The notes beneath the pieces were generated by a model. That model was not told where the DNA came from, searched no databases, and saw only the letters and a program-made list of their open reading frames with translations. DNA of 64,000 bases from Chiloscyllium plagiosum (Eukaryota), in assembly GCF_004010195.1 (NCBI RefSeq), contig NC_057720.1:20228092-20292091 (forward strand). The letters run 5' to 3'. Positions 1 through 13,100 of the stretch are shown here, piece by piece (position 1 is the stretch's first letter; every line of letters begins with the position of its first letter). The translations under genes were made by a program, and so were the position numbers.

Positions 1-420
1 AGGCAGCACCCGAGGAGCAGGAGAATTGATAAGGGCATAAGCTCTTCATCAGAAATATATGTGGGGGGGAGGATGTTGGGAGTGTTGGGGGGGAGGTAAC
101 TGGGAAGGCGATAGTTGGATGAAGGTGGAGGGGGTGATGGTGATAGGTTGGAGAGGAGGGTGGAGTGGATAGGTGGGAAGGAAGATGGACAGGTAGTACA
201 GGTCAAGTGGGCCTGTTGGAGGGTTGGATCTGGGTTGATGTGGGGGAGTGGAGATGAGGAAACTGGTGAAATTGACATTGATTCCATGTGGTTGGAGGGT
301 CCCAAGGCAGAAGATGAGGCATTCTTCCTCCAGGCAACGGGTGGCTTGGATTTGGTGGTGGAAGACGCCCAGGATTTGCATGTCCTTGATGGAGTGGGAG
401 AGGAAGTTGAAATGGTAATT
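1..420 (-). mobile_element. Penelope-like element 3' fragment (endonuclease C-terminus and pLTR), runs off window
   Basis: ORF 49..381 contains RCLEEECLIFCLGTLQPHGINVNFTSF, also seen downstream of the GIY-YIG motif in the copies at 48-50 kb; degenerate hammerhead at about 25-52. Confidence 0.75.
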
Positions 421-659
421 GAACTAGGATATGGTCCATTGCTTCCAAAATAATGCATTTGATGAGCATCCCATGAAATTTGCTAAACAATACACATCAA
501 GTATGCTATCCACATGTGGAACCCGTATACTGCATATTTATCCATAAGATACCTAAAGAGTTAGTCTTTTAGGTGTCAAATGTCTGATATTCCTTACTCT
601 GATAAATGTCCCTATTTGGCAGGAGGGTAGAATGTGCTCCTGTCATGGAAGAACAATTT

Positions 660-870
660 TGTTATTTATTGTGGGATCTGAGTAGCATTGGCAAAACCAG
701 CATTTACTGCCCACAGCTAACTGCTTTGTGCATGAGTTAGCTCCCCCCATGAAGCTCTGCAGTTCCTATGGTGTAAGTACCCACAGGGCTGGTTTGGAGG
801 AAGTTGCAACATTTTGACCCAATGCCAATGAAGGAATGATGATATAGCTCCAAGTCTGGTGAATGTGGCA
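660..870 (-). mobile_element. Old LINE 3' end (CR1/L2 group), tail shared with SINE family 2
   Basis: Reverse complement of the GGGCAATAAATGCTGG...CCCATGAATGAATAA tail followed by LINE body similar to 36190-36850. Confidence 0.55.
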
Positions 871-1097
871 GCAGTGCAGAGCTGTGATCTGATCTGATCA
901 GATCAGCATCTTGCTAATGGACTGGTTAGACTAAGGAACCTTTATTTTCGTGGCCTTGCATATGCCAAGTTGCTGGGACCTTTGTGGAATCTAGGACATT
1001 TTGGAAGATCAGAGACAACGTATCCACTGTCTCTGCTGCCATTTCTTTTAAGACCCATGGACCCAAGGATCATGTCCAGGGGCCTTGTCAAGCTAAC

Positions 1098-1432
1098 AGG
1101 GAGGTAATGACTTAATGATATTATAGCTGGATTGTTAACCTAGAGACCCAGATAATGTTCTGGGGACCCAGGTTCGATTCCTGCCATGGCAGATGGTAGA
1201 ATTTGAATTCAATTTTAAAAATCTGGAATTATGAGTCGAATGATGGCCATGAATCCATTTTCGATTGTTGGAAAACCCTACCTGGTTCACTAATGCCCTT
1301 TAGGTCTGGTCTACATGTGACTCCAGACCCACAGCAATGTGGTTGACACTTTTCTGTCCTCTGGGCAATTAGGGATGGGCAATAAATGCTGGCCCAGCCA
1401 ATGACACCTTGATCCCATGAATGAATAAAAAA
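1098..1432 (+). mobile_element. tRNA-derived SINE (family 2)
   Basis: B box GGTTCGATTCC at about 1171; body near-identical in layout to 11980-12342, 47530-47856 and 58520-58855; ends GAATGAATAAAAAA. Confidence 0.8.
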
Positions 1433-3184
1433 CAGGCCAATGTCTGAACAATGCTTTTTCTCTTGTGATACTGATTGACTAGTTGAACCTCTCCTTCAAG
1501 GCATGTAAAGGATGACCACCCACGGCACCGGGCAAATATGCAGAAGATACCACAACCCTGATGTCCTCCAGAATTGAGGAAAAAGGTAAAATCTTCCCAG
1601 CCCTTGAGCAGAGGTTGAGAGATTATGGCAAGAGTGAGAGAAATGCAATTTTCAACATCAAGAGAAAAAATCCAGTTTTGCTTGTTCAAGTTTCAATGGC
1701 TAGCAAAGAATCTCACTGCTAAATGGTGAGGACTCTATCTCCACTTCATTCTGATCTTATCCTGCCTCATTCCTGTGCAGACTGCTACTCTCCCTGGTGC
1801 CAGTGAGAAACTTGAAGGAACTAAGTCCTGTCTTGAAAGTCTGAGTGGTTATCTGCTGCAGCTTGCTTGTGTCTTCTTCAGGCCATGACTACACCACATG
1901 GCCTTCTTCATGGGCAGTGACTACTCCCACAGACACCAACATTGACAGAACACCAGGCCCACTGCATCATTATGGCCAATCTTGGACTCATGGTGCAGCA
2001 CTTCACACTGCAGTTATGAGCTCAACACCTGCCATTGTTCCTATCAGGCACAGACACATCTCCTGAATATGTACAGGTACATCTCAGGGCTCCTTCAATG
2101 GCAAGAAAGCAACTTCTCTCCTTGCTTTTACTTGGGAGCACATAATAGCTCTGTCTTGAGATGTTTGCCAGTTCTGACCAGTCAAGGGGTGGATGTGTTG
2201 ATGCACATCAATGTCACACCTACAGCATGTGTTACGTGGCAAATACACTGCAACCATATGTCCATGTCAGATTCTAAGGAGAATAGTCCTCAGCCAAGTT
2301 AGGAGATTTGTGACCACTCAGCGGGTGCTGCCACATTCAATCAAGGACATTATCCAATCTCAGTCTGTCAGTCCTGCCATACCCAGCCAGGTCAGGGATT
2401 ACACTCACGGCATCCAAGATGTTGTGGAAACATTAGCCTGAGGAATGGGCCAGTTTTTCCTGCAAGGGGACGCAGATAGGGGTTGAGCATAATGAAAGTG
2501 GACATAACCGCTGTTAGTGGTAGCACATCCCAGTTAGTGAACAGGAAGTACAGAAGACAGGAAAGGATAAACATTTGGGAGGATTGTGGGGTTGGGCAAG
2601 ACCCATTGAGGGAAGGTGCTGCTGCATGGAACAGTGAGTCTGGTAAACCATGAAGCTTACTGGGGAGGGTTGGGCACAGTGACAGAGTTAAAGTGTGAAG
2701 TAGAAAGGAGCAAGTCGTGGCTCTCACCCTTGCAGGATGCAGAAGGACATTGACGCTGATGGAGATGAAAGTCTCTCAACACACCCCACTTTGCTTCTTA
2801 TGCCATTTGCAGAGTCAGGTCACAGTTCAGAAAATCAATGCTCGACACACAAAACAACCACCTAACATCCAATCCATTCCTCATCTTGCATCATTTAAAC
2901 TGGTGTCATCCTCAAATCTCTCAAACTAGGATCATTTCTCAATCAGCATGCAATCCAATTACTTTTTTTTTAGGTTCTTTCAGGGCACCTTAAGTCTATG
3001 TTGCTGCAAAGCATGGGTGACTCCAGGATCTTGACTTGTCTGAATAGCTGTGGTCCTTCAATGTAGGACTAAGCTTACCACTGCACTTTATAGGAGTAAG
3101 GTGCGACCAAAATTGGCCACAAAGTTCTTCTTTTGTAACAAAGACTGTTTTGCTTCCTATTAAAAAAGCAGTAACAACTGGCAA

Positions 3185-3285
3185 ATGAGACTAGATTAGG
3201 TTAGGATATCTGGTCAGCATGGGCAAGTTGGACTGATAGAGATGTACAGCACGGAAACAGACCCATGATTCCAAGACTCTATATA
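3185..3285. mobile_element. CR1 3' terminal fragments in mixed orientation
   Basis: GACTAGATTAGGTTAGGATATCTGGTCAGCATGG matches the CR1 tails at about 42007 and 57068; ATAGAGATGTACAGCACGGAAACAGACCC is the reverse-strand tail. Confidence 0.65.
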
Positions 3286-3494
3286 ATACTGAACCGGTGA
3301 AAGACAGAAACACCAAAAGGTGAAGTAGAAGAAAAATTGGCAGCAACAGGGAATGGAAAAAATAAGATGATATTATAAACATTGATGTGTATGTGGTGTT
3401 AAGTTACAGCTACAGTAGTACTCCAGTTTCTGAAAGGACACAGCAAGTGGATCACAGAGAAAACTCTGCAAACTTCCCACATAATAAAGCGATA

Positions 3495-4031
3495 CACAAT
3501 TTTTAAAAGTGTTTTATTTGCACCCAACCACCATCACTTATTAAGTACTGTCAGTTATTTCTATTAAAAATATTTAAAACACATTAAAAAAAGATATATT
3601 CCCCTTTGATAGACCAACAAGAAAATTCCAAACACCCAATATACAAAAGATTCCTCAAGGTGCACTTCAGTCAAAGAAAAATAGTTAAGATTTAGTCATT
3701 AAATAAATAGAATAAATTTATAACACCCATACTTGCACAATATTTCAGTACATCCTTTAAAAATTGATAAGAGTTAAAAAGATATGAAATTGCCATATCA
3801 ATCAATAAGTCAGAATTATTTTTGCAATTAGTGCCTCAGAAATCAAAGTTTCTTGCTTGCTTGGTACATCGATAAATGTTTCATAGAAACAAAATATTTC
3901 TTTTCACCATAAATCTGTGAATGGTCAGTTATGTCTGTGAGGTACACTTTCACAAGAGTCATAATCTTACAAAACTCTTACAAAAAGCCAACCAGCAGCT
4001 GGTGACAGGAGTGATTGCCCATTTCCTTGAA
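3495..4031 (-). other. F3: Probable F3 3' UTR, AU-rich, with AATAAA polyadenylation signal at 3513-3518
   Basis: Repeat-free AT-rich sequence after the stop; ATTTA pentamers on the minus strand around 3700-3720; TTTATT on plus at 3513-3518. The 3' end position is inferred. Confidence 0.6.
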
Positions 4032-4177
4032 TTATGCCGACATCGTCTTCAGAGGGTTTGTTTCCGCACTGTTGTGAACAGCCTTACGTCTGCACAAACA
4101 CACTGTCACTCCAATGATAATACTGATGACCAGTAGTGCTCCTACTGCTATTAAAGCATAGAAGCCAAGCCCATACT
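4032..4177 (-). CDS. F3: F3 exon 6 (coding part): (E)[49 protein letters not shown] helix plus cytoplasmic tail
   Basis: Polypyrimidine tract and ttttag| acceptor; hydrophobic helix followed by CRRK stop-transfer; TAA at 4032-4034; in ORF track 4032..4238. Confidence 0.92.
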
Positions 4178-7100
4178 CTAAAATAGGAGCGAAAGGAGAA
4201 AAATATGATGAGGAAGAGGCTGAAACTGTATATAACATAAATCAAACATTATTACAAACTGCTGGAAATGCACAAGAAACCCATCAGTGAGCACAGGAAG
4301 TTAACGTTTCAGGAAATAAGTTGGATTTGTTCTAATGAAAGGTCTCCACCAACAACATTAACCTGCCCTCCTCTTCTGATGCTGCTGCACTTGTTGCAAT
4401 GCTTATGGTTTTATTGCATAAATTAAGGGATTACTTTGGAAACTGGTACAATGAATATTCTATCATCTCTTTTTCTTCCAGGTGGCAGAGATTGCCGGCT
4501 TGGTAGGTGTTGACAGAAGAGCCTTCGAGAATTACTGCAGTGCATCTTGTAGTTGGTCCACACTGTGCAGCAGGGGTGAAGGGAGTACGTGAATGTGGAA
4601 AGTAGCAGACGACAATCAAGCAGGCTTCTCTGAGCCTCTTGCGCACTGTTTGAACTGCACTCATCCAGGCAAGTGGAGAGTTTGCCATCACACTCCTGAC
4701 TTGCACCTTGCAGATGGGTGGACAGGCTTTAGGGAGTCACAACAAACCTTCAATAGAATTATGAATGGTTCATAGTTTTAGTCTGTACTTGGCAGATGCA
4801 TCAATCTGTATCACTACAAAATCTACAAGACTAGTATGAGCTTGTATTTATAGAATAATACAACCCAGGAGGACACCTCTTGGTCTATTCTACCTACTCT
4901 GCTGCAGTAATCCAATTCTACTCTCCTGCTCTTCCCCTGTCAAACTTTGTAATTTATTTCCTCCATAGATATTTATCAGACTCACTTTTGAAGTTCACTG
5001 TTGAATTTGCTTCCATGGCTCTGTCAGACGGTTCACAATAACTCACTGTGTAAAAGAGAGAGAGCTTTCTTCATGTCACTTTGGTTCCTTCACCAAGTAC
5101 TTTAAATCTGAGAGCTCTGGTTATTGACTATTCAGCTACTGGGAACAATTTCTCCTTACTTACTGTCTCAAAACAGTCCAGGATTTTAACACCTTTATCA
5201 AATTCCTGCTTAAATTTCTCCATTCTAGCAATGTCCCTGTCTATTTTAATTTGTTCATGAGATGTGGGTAATACTGGCTTGGTCTCTATGTACTGCCATC
5301 CCAGAGGGCAGTTATTGTTCAACAGAGGTGTGGAGTCACATATAGGCCAGACCAGGTAAGGAAGGCAAATATCCTTCTCTCAAGGACATTTATGAATCAA
5401 ATGATTTTCTTTTTTTAAAAAACCATTCACAGTGGTCACCATCAGGCTATGTTTTAATCCAGACTTTTACTTACAATGTTGGGATTCAAACTCATGTCCC
5501 TAGAATATCAGGCTGGTGTCTGCATTAAAAGACCAATGAAAGTAGCTCTATGCCATTGCCCTCCATTTTCTCCAATCTCGTCACATATTCTGGTGGGGAG
5601 ATTACTAAAAAATTTCTTGTTCACTAGATTCATTGAGGGGTTTTCCACATTTTTAAGAGCTTTTAAAATGAATGAAATTTGCAAGATACCGTGAGTCCCC
5701 TGGTCAAGGGTTACCTAGATTATTTTTCTTTAAAACACAAAGAAGAGAGTTCTCTGGATAAGCATCAACAATAGTAAAAGCAGAAAGTGCTGTAGAAAGT
5801 AAGTCTGGCAGCATTTGTGGAGACAGAAACTCAGAGTTCATGTTTCAAGTCCAATAAAGATGTCTCTCTCTACTAACGCTCTTTCTGCTTTTGTTTCCAG
5901 CATCTCCAAATGATGCTTTCAAATCAGCAATTTCACTTCCTTAGATACAGAGTGTACTTGAAGGATGTGGTCCCTAATAAACTTGGACTACTGTTTCAAA
6001 TATAAAAGTGCTTACCTGGTGTTTTAAGATCTGTACATTTGCTTTGAGATTTTGGGCCATTTTTAAATGGAGATGTAATGTGGATTTGAACAGAAAAGCA
6101 GTAATTGATTCCCTTGTCAATCTTAATTAGTATTGTTTGATTGTTGTTAGTTTGAGTTTTCTGTAGAAACAAAGTTATTTAAAAATTACTATTTTTAATC
6201 AGGAATGCATTCAGCGAGGATTATCTAAATAGAAAATACAAATTTGCCACAATGATTGAACAAACCTGACCACTTGTGCCATCTTTCCAGTAAAACACCT
6301 TGTACTTGAGATTTGTCCCATAGATATCACGCAGTGCTTTTGAAGTCTTATTAGGAAACTTGATGCCAGTAAGTGGATCTTCTATTAACACTTTGACCTC
6401 ATCTTTACTTTTTTTAAAAATTTGAAAACTTGCTTCTCCAATGTCAGCTAGAATATTTAAAAAAAATCAGCATATTAAACAAACATATACAATATCTAGC
6501 AAAAATATTCTTTGATTGCTTTTACTCTGCAACATAACGGGGAGAAAGTGAGGACTGCAGATGCTGGAAATCAGACTCGAAGAGTGTGGCACTGGAAAAG
6601 CACAGCCAGTCAGGCAGCATCCGAGAAACAGGAGAGTCAACATTTTAGGCGTAAGCTCTTCTTCAGGAAACGTTATCTAACAGTCCAATTTGTTAGCCTG
6701 CATTGAGCAGTTATCAGTGAAAGGACAGTGTTAGCCAGTAACCTCAAAAGGAACCAGCCTACAGTGATTTAACCAGATCTAGAACAATCCTTTTGCTTAT
6801 TCTGACATGACTCTGAATCTGGTGCTATTAATGAGAACACAGTGGAATTCAGTAATGAGATTAGATTCCTTACAGTGTGGAAACAGTCCACACCGACTCT
6901 CAGAAGAGTAACCCACCCAGACCCATTTCCCTTTGACTAATGCACCTAACACGATGAGTAATTTAGCATGGCCAATTTACCTAACCTACACATCTTTGGA
7001 CTGTGGGAGGAAACCGGAGCACCCAGAGGAAACCCATGTAGACATGGGGAGAACATGCAAACTCCACACAGACAGTCTCCCAAGGCTGGAATTGAACCTG

Positions 7101-10100
7101 GGACCCTGGTGCTGTGAGGCAGCAGTGCTAGCCACTGAGCCACTGTGCCACCTTTTTAAAGAAGAATGAGGAGTGGATATTGCAAACATGTACATTGATA
7201 TTTCCCTTTGAAAAATACTGTGGAACACACATGTAATGGTGACGGCATCAAATTGACTGAGCAGCCAATCCGATTGAAGAATTCTTGCAAACAGCAAAAC
7301 CGGAAGTACAAAGCATGTATTATAATTAAACTCGTGATTTACTAAATGCAAACATGAAAATTAGGCAATGCACATGACATTTAAGGTAAAGGATATGATT
7401 TTTATAAAACTGTCGTAATTTTAGGAATGATGAAGGGATAAGAATGACGCTCCATCTTTTTAAAATTACTTTTTCAGGGACAGTGGTTCTTGAGCAGCAT
7501 TCACACTTTGGTATACTCAATGCTAACTCTCCCGACAAAGCTTAACTTGTTCAATTCTTTTATAGCTGGAAATGTGTTGCTGGAAAGGCGCAGCAGGTCA
7601 GGCAGCATCCAGGGAACAGGAGAATCGACGTTTCGGAGACACTGCTGCGCCTTTCCAGCAACACATTTCCAGCTCTGATCTCCAGCATCTGCAGACCTCA
7701 CTTTCTCCTCAATTCTTTTATATACCAGAATTAAGTGTAAAAGATTGAAGCTCATATAAAATGACAGATACTAACTGTTGACTGCATCAGCATACCCTGC
7801 AGAGGGAGCAGGCCTTCACTGACAAATACTACTGAGTCCTACATTCAGTTGTACTTGTGCAACGCTAGACATTGCTGCCAGTTACAACAGGCACTATATT
7901 GATCATTACAAATGCAAATTCTGGTATCAATGGGTGTAATGCGGGGAACACTTTGACTACATTTTGACTATGTGAGTTTGCAAATGAAATAATCCTCCGC
8001 TGCAAGGTTAACCAGCTTTCCTTCCCTAAAGGATATTAGTGAGCTGGATGGGTTTTTTCTGATAATGATTTCAATGTCATCATTCGATTCTTAATTACAC
8101 CTTTGTTCTATTGACTTCAAATTCTACCATCTGCCATGGTGGGATTCTAACCTGGGTACCAGAACATTAGCTACGTTTCTAGATTAATACTCTTTGATAA
8201 TACCAATAGGCCACTGCCTCCTCACAATCTGGGGTGTTTGTCCATAGCTCCGCACAAATGGCAGGACTGATAATGGGATAGTTAGGTAGGCTTACAATTC
8301 TGTCAGTTTTGGCATAGATTAGAAGAGCAGGGAGGTGATGTTGGAGCTGGACAGAACTTTGGTCAGGCCATAGCTGGAGTACCGTGTGTAGTCTGGTCCC
8401 TGTGCTGCAGGAAGGATGTGATTGCATTGATGAGGTTGTAAAGGAGAATCACCAGGATGTTGCCTGGGATGGAACATTTCTGCTTTGAAGAGAGACTGGA
8501 TAAGGTTAGGTTGTTTTCTTTAGAGCAGAGAAATTTGAGGGGGGACCTGATAGAGTTGTATAAGATTATGAGGGGCAAGGACCGAGTGAATAGAAAGTAG
8601 CTGTTTCCCTTAGTTCAAAAGTCAATACAAAGAGACATAATTTTAAAGTGAAAGGCAGGATGAGGGCGGCACAGTGGTTAGCACTGCTACCTCATAGTGC
8701 CAGAGACCTAGGTTTCATTCCAGATTCAGGGGGACAGCCTGTGTGGAGTTTACAAATTTCCCAGTGTCTGCGTAGGTTTCCTCCCACATTCCAAAGATGT
8801 GCAGGTCAGGTGAATTGGCCATGCTAAATTGCCCATAGTGTTCAGGGATGTGTAGGTGAAGATGCATTAGTCAGGGCTAAGTGTTGAGTAATAGGGGAAT
8901 AGGTCTGGGTGGGATACTCTTCAGAGGGTTGCTGGGCCAAAGGGCCTGTTCCACACTGTAGGGATTCTATTCTGTGATCTATGTTTAGAGGGAATTGGAG
9001 GAAAACCATTTTCACCCTGAGGTTGGTGGAGATAGTTGCCTGGGAAAGTAGCTGAGCCAGGAAACCTCACAATCTTTAACAGGTACTTGGATGAGTACTT
9101 GATGTTTACTAATATTCAAACCCAGTGGTCTGTTGTGGGAAAAGGGATGAGTGCAGATAGGAGTATATTTTTGGCAGTACAGACTGGATGGGAACATGTT
9201 AAATGCAGGAGCAAAGGAGATAGGTACGTCAGTATTTATACAGAAAATAGACTTTTCTGATTCATCCCTTCATCATAAATATTGCCTTTTCTCTTTGGAG
9301 CTTGTGAAACACCTGTTGTATGCTTCCAGCAACATTCTGTTTCAGTGAGAAAGAGGGTAGATCCCAGTTAATGGTACGTTATTCCCACACTCTCCCACCA
9401 TTCAACCTCTACTAGTTCTCTCAAAGCTCTGCTGGTCAAATCTTGCATCACTAGCCATTTCTCCATGCTCTCTGATCCACCCTGTCTCCTGGTCTGGCAA
9501 TGTCTCAATTCTGACCTTCTCACACCTGTTTCATGTCCCTCCCTGGGACCCATTTCTCCCCATCTCTTTCACATCCTCAAGATTTAGAACCGCACTTCTC
9601 CATCCTCCAGAATCTTTGTACTGCTCCAACTCTGGCCTCTTATGCATCTTCAGCTTGAATCGCTGTCGCACGGGTCACCATGCCTTTAGCTATCTTAGCT
9701 TTAGGCTCTGGAATCTCCTCCTTAAACTCCATTGACTCCCTGTCCTCTTTATGTCCCGCCTTAAAAATGACTTCAAGATCTCAACCGACCTGCTGGTCTG
9801 CTTTCCTAATTTCCTTTTAGGTGGCACAGTCAAACATTGTCTGATAAAGCTCCTGTGAAACATCCTGGAACATTTTACTATCTTCAAGTCACGACAAAAG
9901 AACATGTTATACCAACTGCTGTAAACTCCGTAATACAGGCTGCCCCATGGTGCAGGAATAATCAGTGACACTTACTGTCCTTTAAGGGTTGGAAGGGGGA
10001 GGATGTGACCGCAGGTGGCTCATTGATTTCCTCTGTGAATTCTGCACTGTAGGTCTCCACTTCAGCAAAATAGGTCTCCGTTACATTCTGTATCAGGCTG

Positions 10101-13100
10101 GTCAAATCACAGCTTGTTATTTTTTGCCGGGTACATTCTGACTTCCTATTCCAGTCTGAGTCCCTACTGTTTAAAAAGAAATAAAATCACTTAAAACAAA
10201 CTTACAATACAGTGGCTTAATGTTCAGAGAAAACATTTTGTTTAGTGTGTGTGTGTAGGGGGCAAGGATTAAGCCACCATTGACGCCAGTTCAGTGATAA
10301 TACATCTTAACAGACTCTGCACATGGACATCCCATAATGTACACAATAAGTTTCATTTCCAGATTTGTAACACCTTACAAAATGTCACGCCTGCTTTTAC
10401 AGCAGCAAGCAAGGGAAATGCCATCCTCGCTAAAGCTATTAATTATACCACAGCTGGAATACTGTGAACACGAGAATGGGAGATGGGAGTTAGAAGTTGG
10501 GAGAGATGGATGGGATGGGAAATTTGGATCAGAATCAAAGATAATGGTGGAAGGAGGGAATGGAAAAGGAGGAGGAGAGATAAGGGAGGGTTATGGGGTG
10601 ATTCAGAGATGGGACTCCATCCCCCCTCATTACCAACCCTCCCGATTCTATTGCCCCTCACTCTTCCTGATTCCCTCCTCTCACAACCTGACTCTCCATC
10701 ACTGAACCTCATTTCAAAAGTGTGCATAGTGCACATGTACATTCAACATGGTGACATAGAGTTTGAATTGGTGCACATGTGTGTCTCTGTATTAACACAA
10801 ATGAATGTCTCTGGATTAGTGCACACACATGTCTCCACATTACAGCACATGTGTATTTCCAGATGAGCACGTGGAGCTCCAGATTAACGCACGTGCATAG
10901 TTGCCCTTAGTTGTGGATGTCAGCAAACACTGCCAACAATTAAATAGTTTACCAAATCCATTCGTTAGGTCTCAGTTTTGGTGGAAAGAGCAACCATATT
11001 GCAAAATCTAATCTTAAAAAATTGATCAAAATCTATGGAGCTCCAATAATGAACCGGAGTTTCTCTCATTCACTCAACTGCCATAAGACATAATTATAGG
11101 ATGCTCTTCAAGGATATGTAATTTGCAAACTGTTCATTTAATGGACAACTTGATTGGTTATTTTTTCTAGTTACTGGAAAAGCACAGCAGGTCAGGCAGC
11201 ATCAGAGGAGCAGGAGAGTCGAAGTTTCTGATTCCTGATGAAGGGCTTTTGCCCGAAACGTCAACTCTCCTACTCCTCGGATGCTGCCTGACCTACTCTG
11301 CTTTTCCAGTACAACTCTCTTCGCCTCTGATCTCCAGCATCTGCAGTCCTCACATTAGCCTGTTTTTATAGGTAGCCATGTAATGGGTTAAGTTATTTCA
11401 TCTCAGCTATGGAGACGAGAATGGTGCTACGATTGGGCTTCCCACCATCAGTGGTGAAAGGGGCTGTCAGAGGGAAGGAACAAGTGGGGAGTGGAAAAGA
11501 GGAAGGAAGAACTTGCCAGAGTACCTACAGCTTGATCACTATCCCACAATCCAAGCTTAACAACATGGGCACATGTGAACCCTCAGGGTGGGACTGGAAC
11601 AAGTTTTAAATCCGTCAGGTAAGTAGTCAACACCTTGCTGAGCTCAGATATTTGGAGGAGGTACCAGTGAGCTATTGGCTCCTGTCAAATCCTTGAGCAT
11701 CATGCCTCAAAGCAACTTCCAGCAGTTCAGAAGTTCAAAGACTACCTGAGATAAATTGGTACACTTTGAGTTTATAAAATGGATAGCCCTCATCAAATTT
11801 AAAAAATTTAAATGGAATGTGAATGTTGCTGACAAGGCTAGCAATTGTTGTCCATCCCTAACTGCCCTTGAACTGAGTGGTTTGCTGGGTTATTTCAGAG
11901 GGCAGTTAAACAGCCAATCACATTGCTGGGGGTCTGGAGTCACATGCAGGTCAGACCAGGACCGAGCAGCTAAAACATGGTGTAGTAATGACCTAGTAGT
12001 ATCATCGCTGGATTGTTAATTCAGAGACCCAGACAATGTTCTGGGGACCTGGGTGTAAATCCTATCATGGTAGATGGTGGCATTTGAATTTAATTTTTTT
12101 TAAAATTAGAATTAAGGTTCTAATGACCATGAATCCATTACTGATTGTCGGAAAAACTCATCTGGTTCACTGATGTCCTTGGGGGAAGAAGCTGCCATCC
12201 TTATCTGGTCTGGCCTACATGGGACTCCAGACCCATAAGCAATGTGGTTGACTCTTAACTGCCCCCTGCGCAATTAGGGTTGGACAATAAATACTGACCT
12301 AGCCAGCAATGCCCTCATCCTGTCAATGAATAATAAAAAAAGATTTGTGAACCAATTGTGATTTTCTGCCAATTGATGGTAGTCCCAGTGCACTCCCCAT
12401 AGACTGTGAAGCTATGTTTCAATGTCAGATTGATTCACTGAATGTAAATGCTACTCCCTGTAGTGGTTTGATTTGAACCTACACCCAGAGCATTATTAAT
12501 CGAGTGATGTTACCATTTCACCACTACCTCCCCTTTAGTAACGCCATTTGGATATTCGGGGAAAAAGTGCTTTAAATTTTCTTTCAGCCCAGCTCAAATC
12601 AGAGATGGGAGGGTGTTTTCTTTTTCAACTCTCAATACTGTATAGGTTTTAACAAATCATCCCAGACTATTTGCTAATATTTCAGATATATCCTGTTACC
12701 AGAAGCAGTGAGTGAAATAAATTGCTTGTTCACATTCCCATAGCACCACAAATGAAATATTGCCCAAGGCAACAGTTGCTGCTCAACTGCATGAATAAAG
12801 AAAACTAGTTACTCTGTTTCTCTTGCCAAAATTTAACCTTATGCATGATCATCTGCATTAAAACGTTGCTGTCAGTCCTGAAGATTAATTATGCTGTGCG
12901 TGAAGCATAGCTAAAACACTCCAACTTAGTTCTGCAGTGCAGGCAAAATCATGTGAAGTGAAAATGTTGGGCAGGATTTAATGCTCTTTATATTGCCAGT
13001 TCATCAAATCACAAAGCACAAAAGGGGGTCATTTGGGAAATCGTGCCTGAGCCTGTTCCAGTCATCAAAAAGAACTACCAATTGGTTCCACTCCCTTCTT

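Noticed and set aside
1480..2990. Possible decayed Harbinger-type DNA transposon
   Set aside because: Only a compositional impression; no transposase or Myb/SANT motif or TIR could be read
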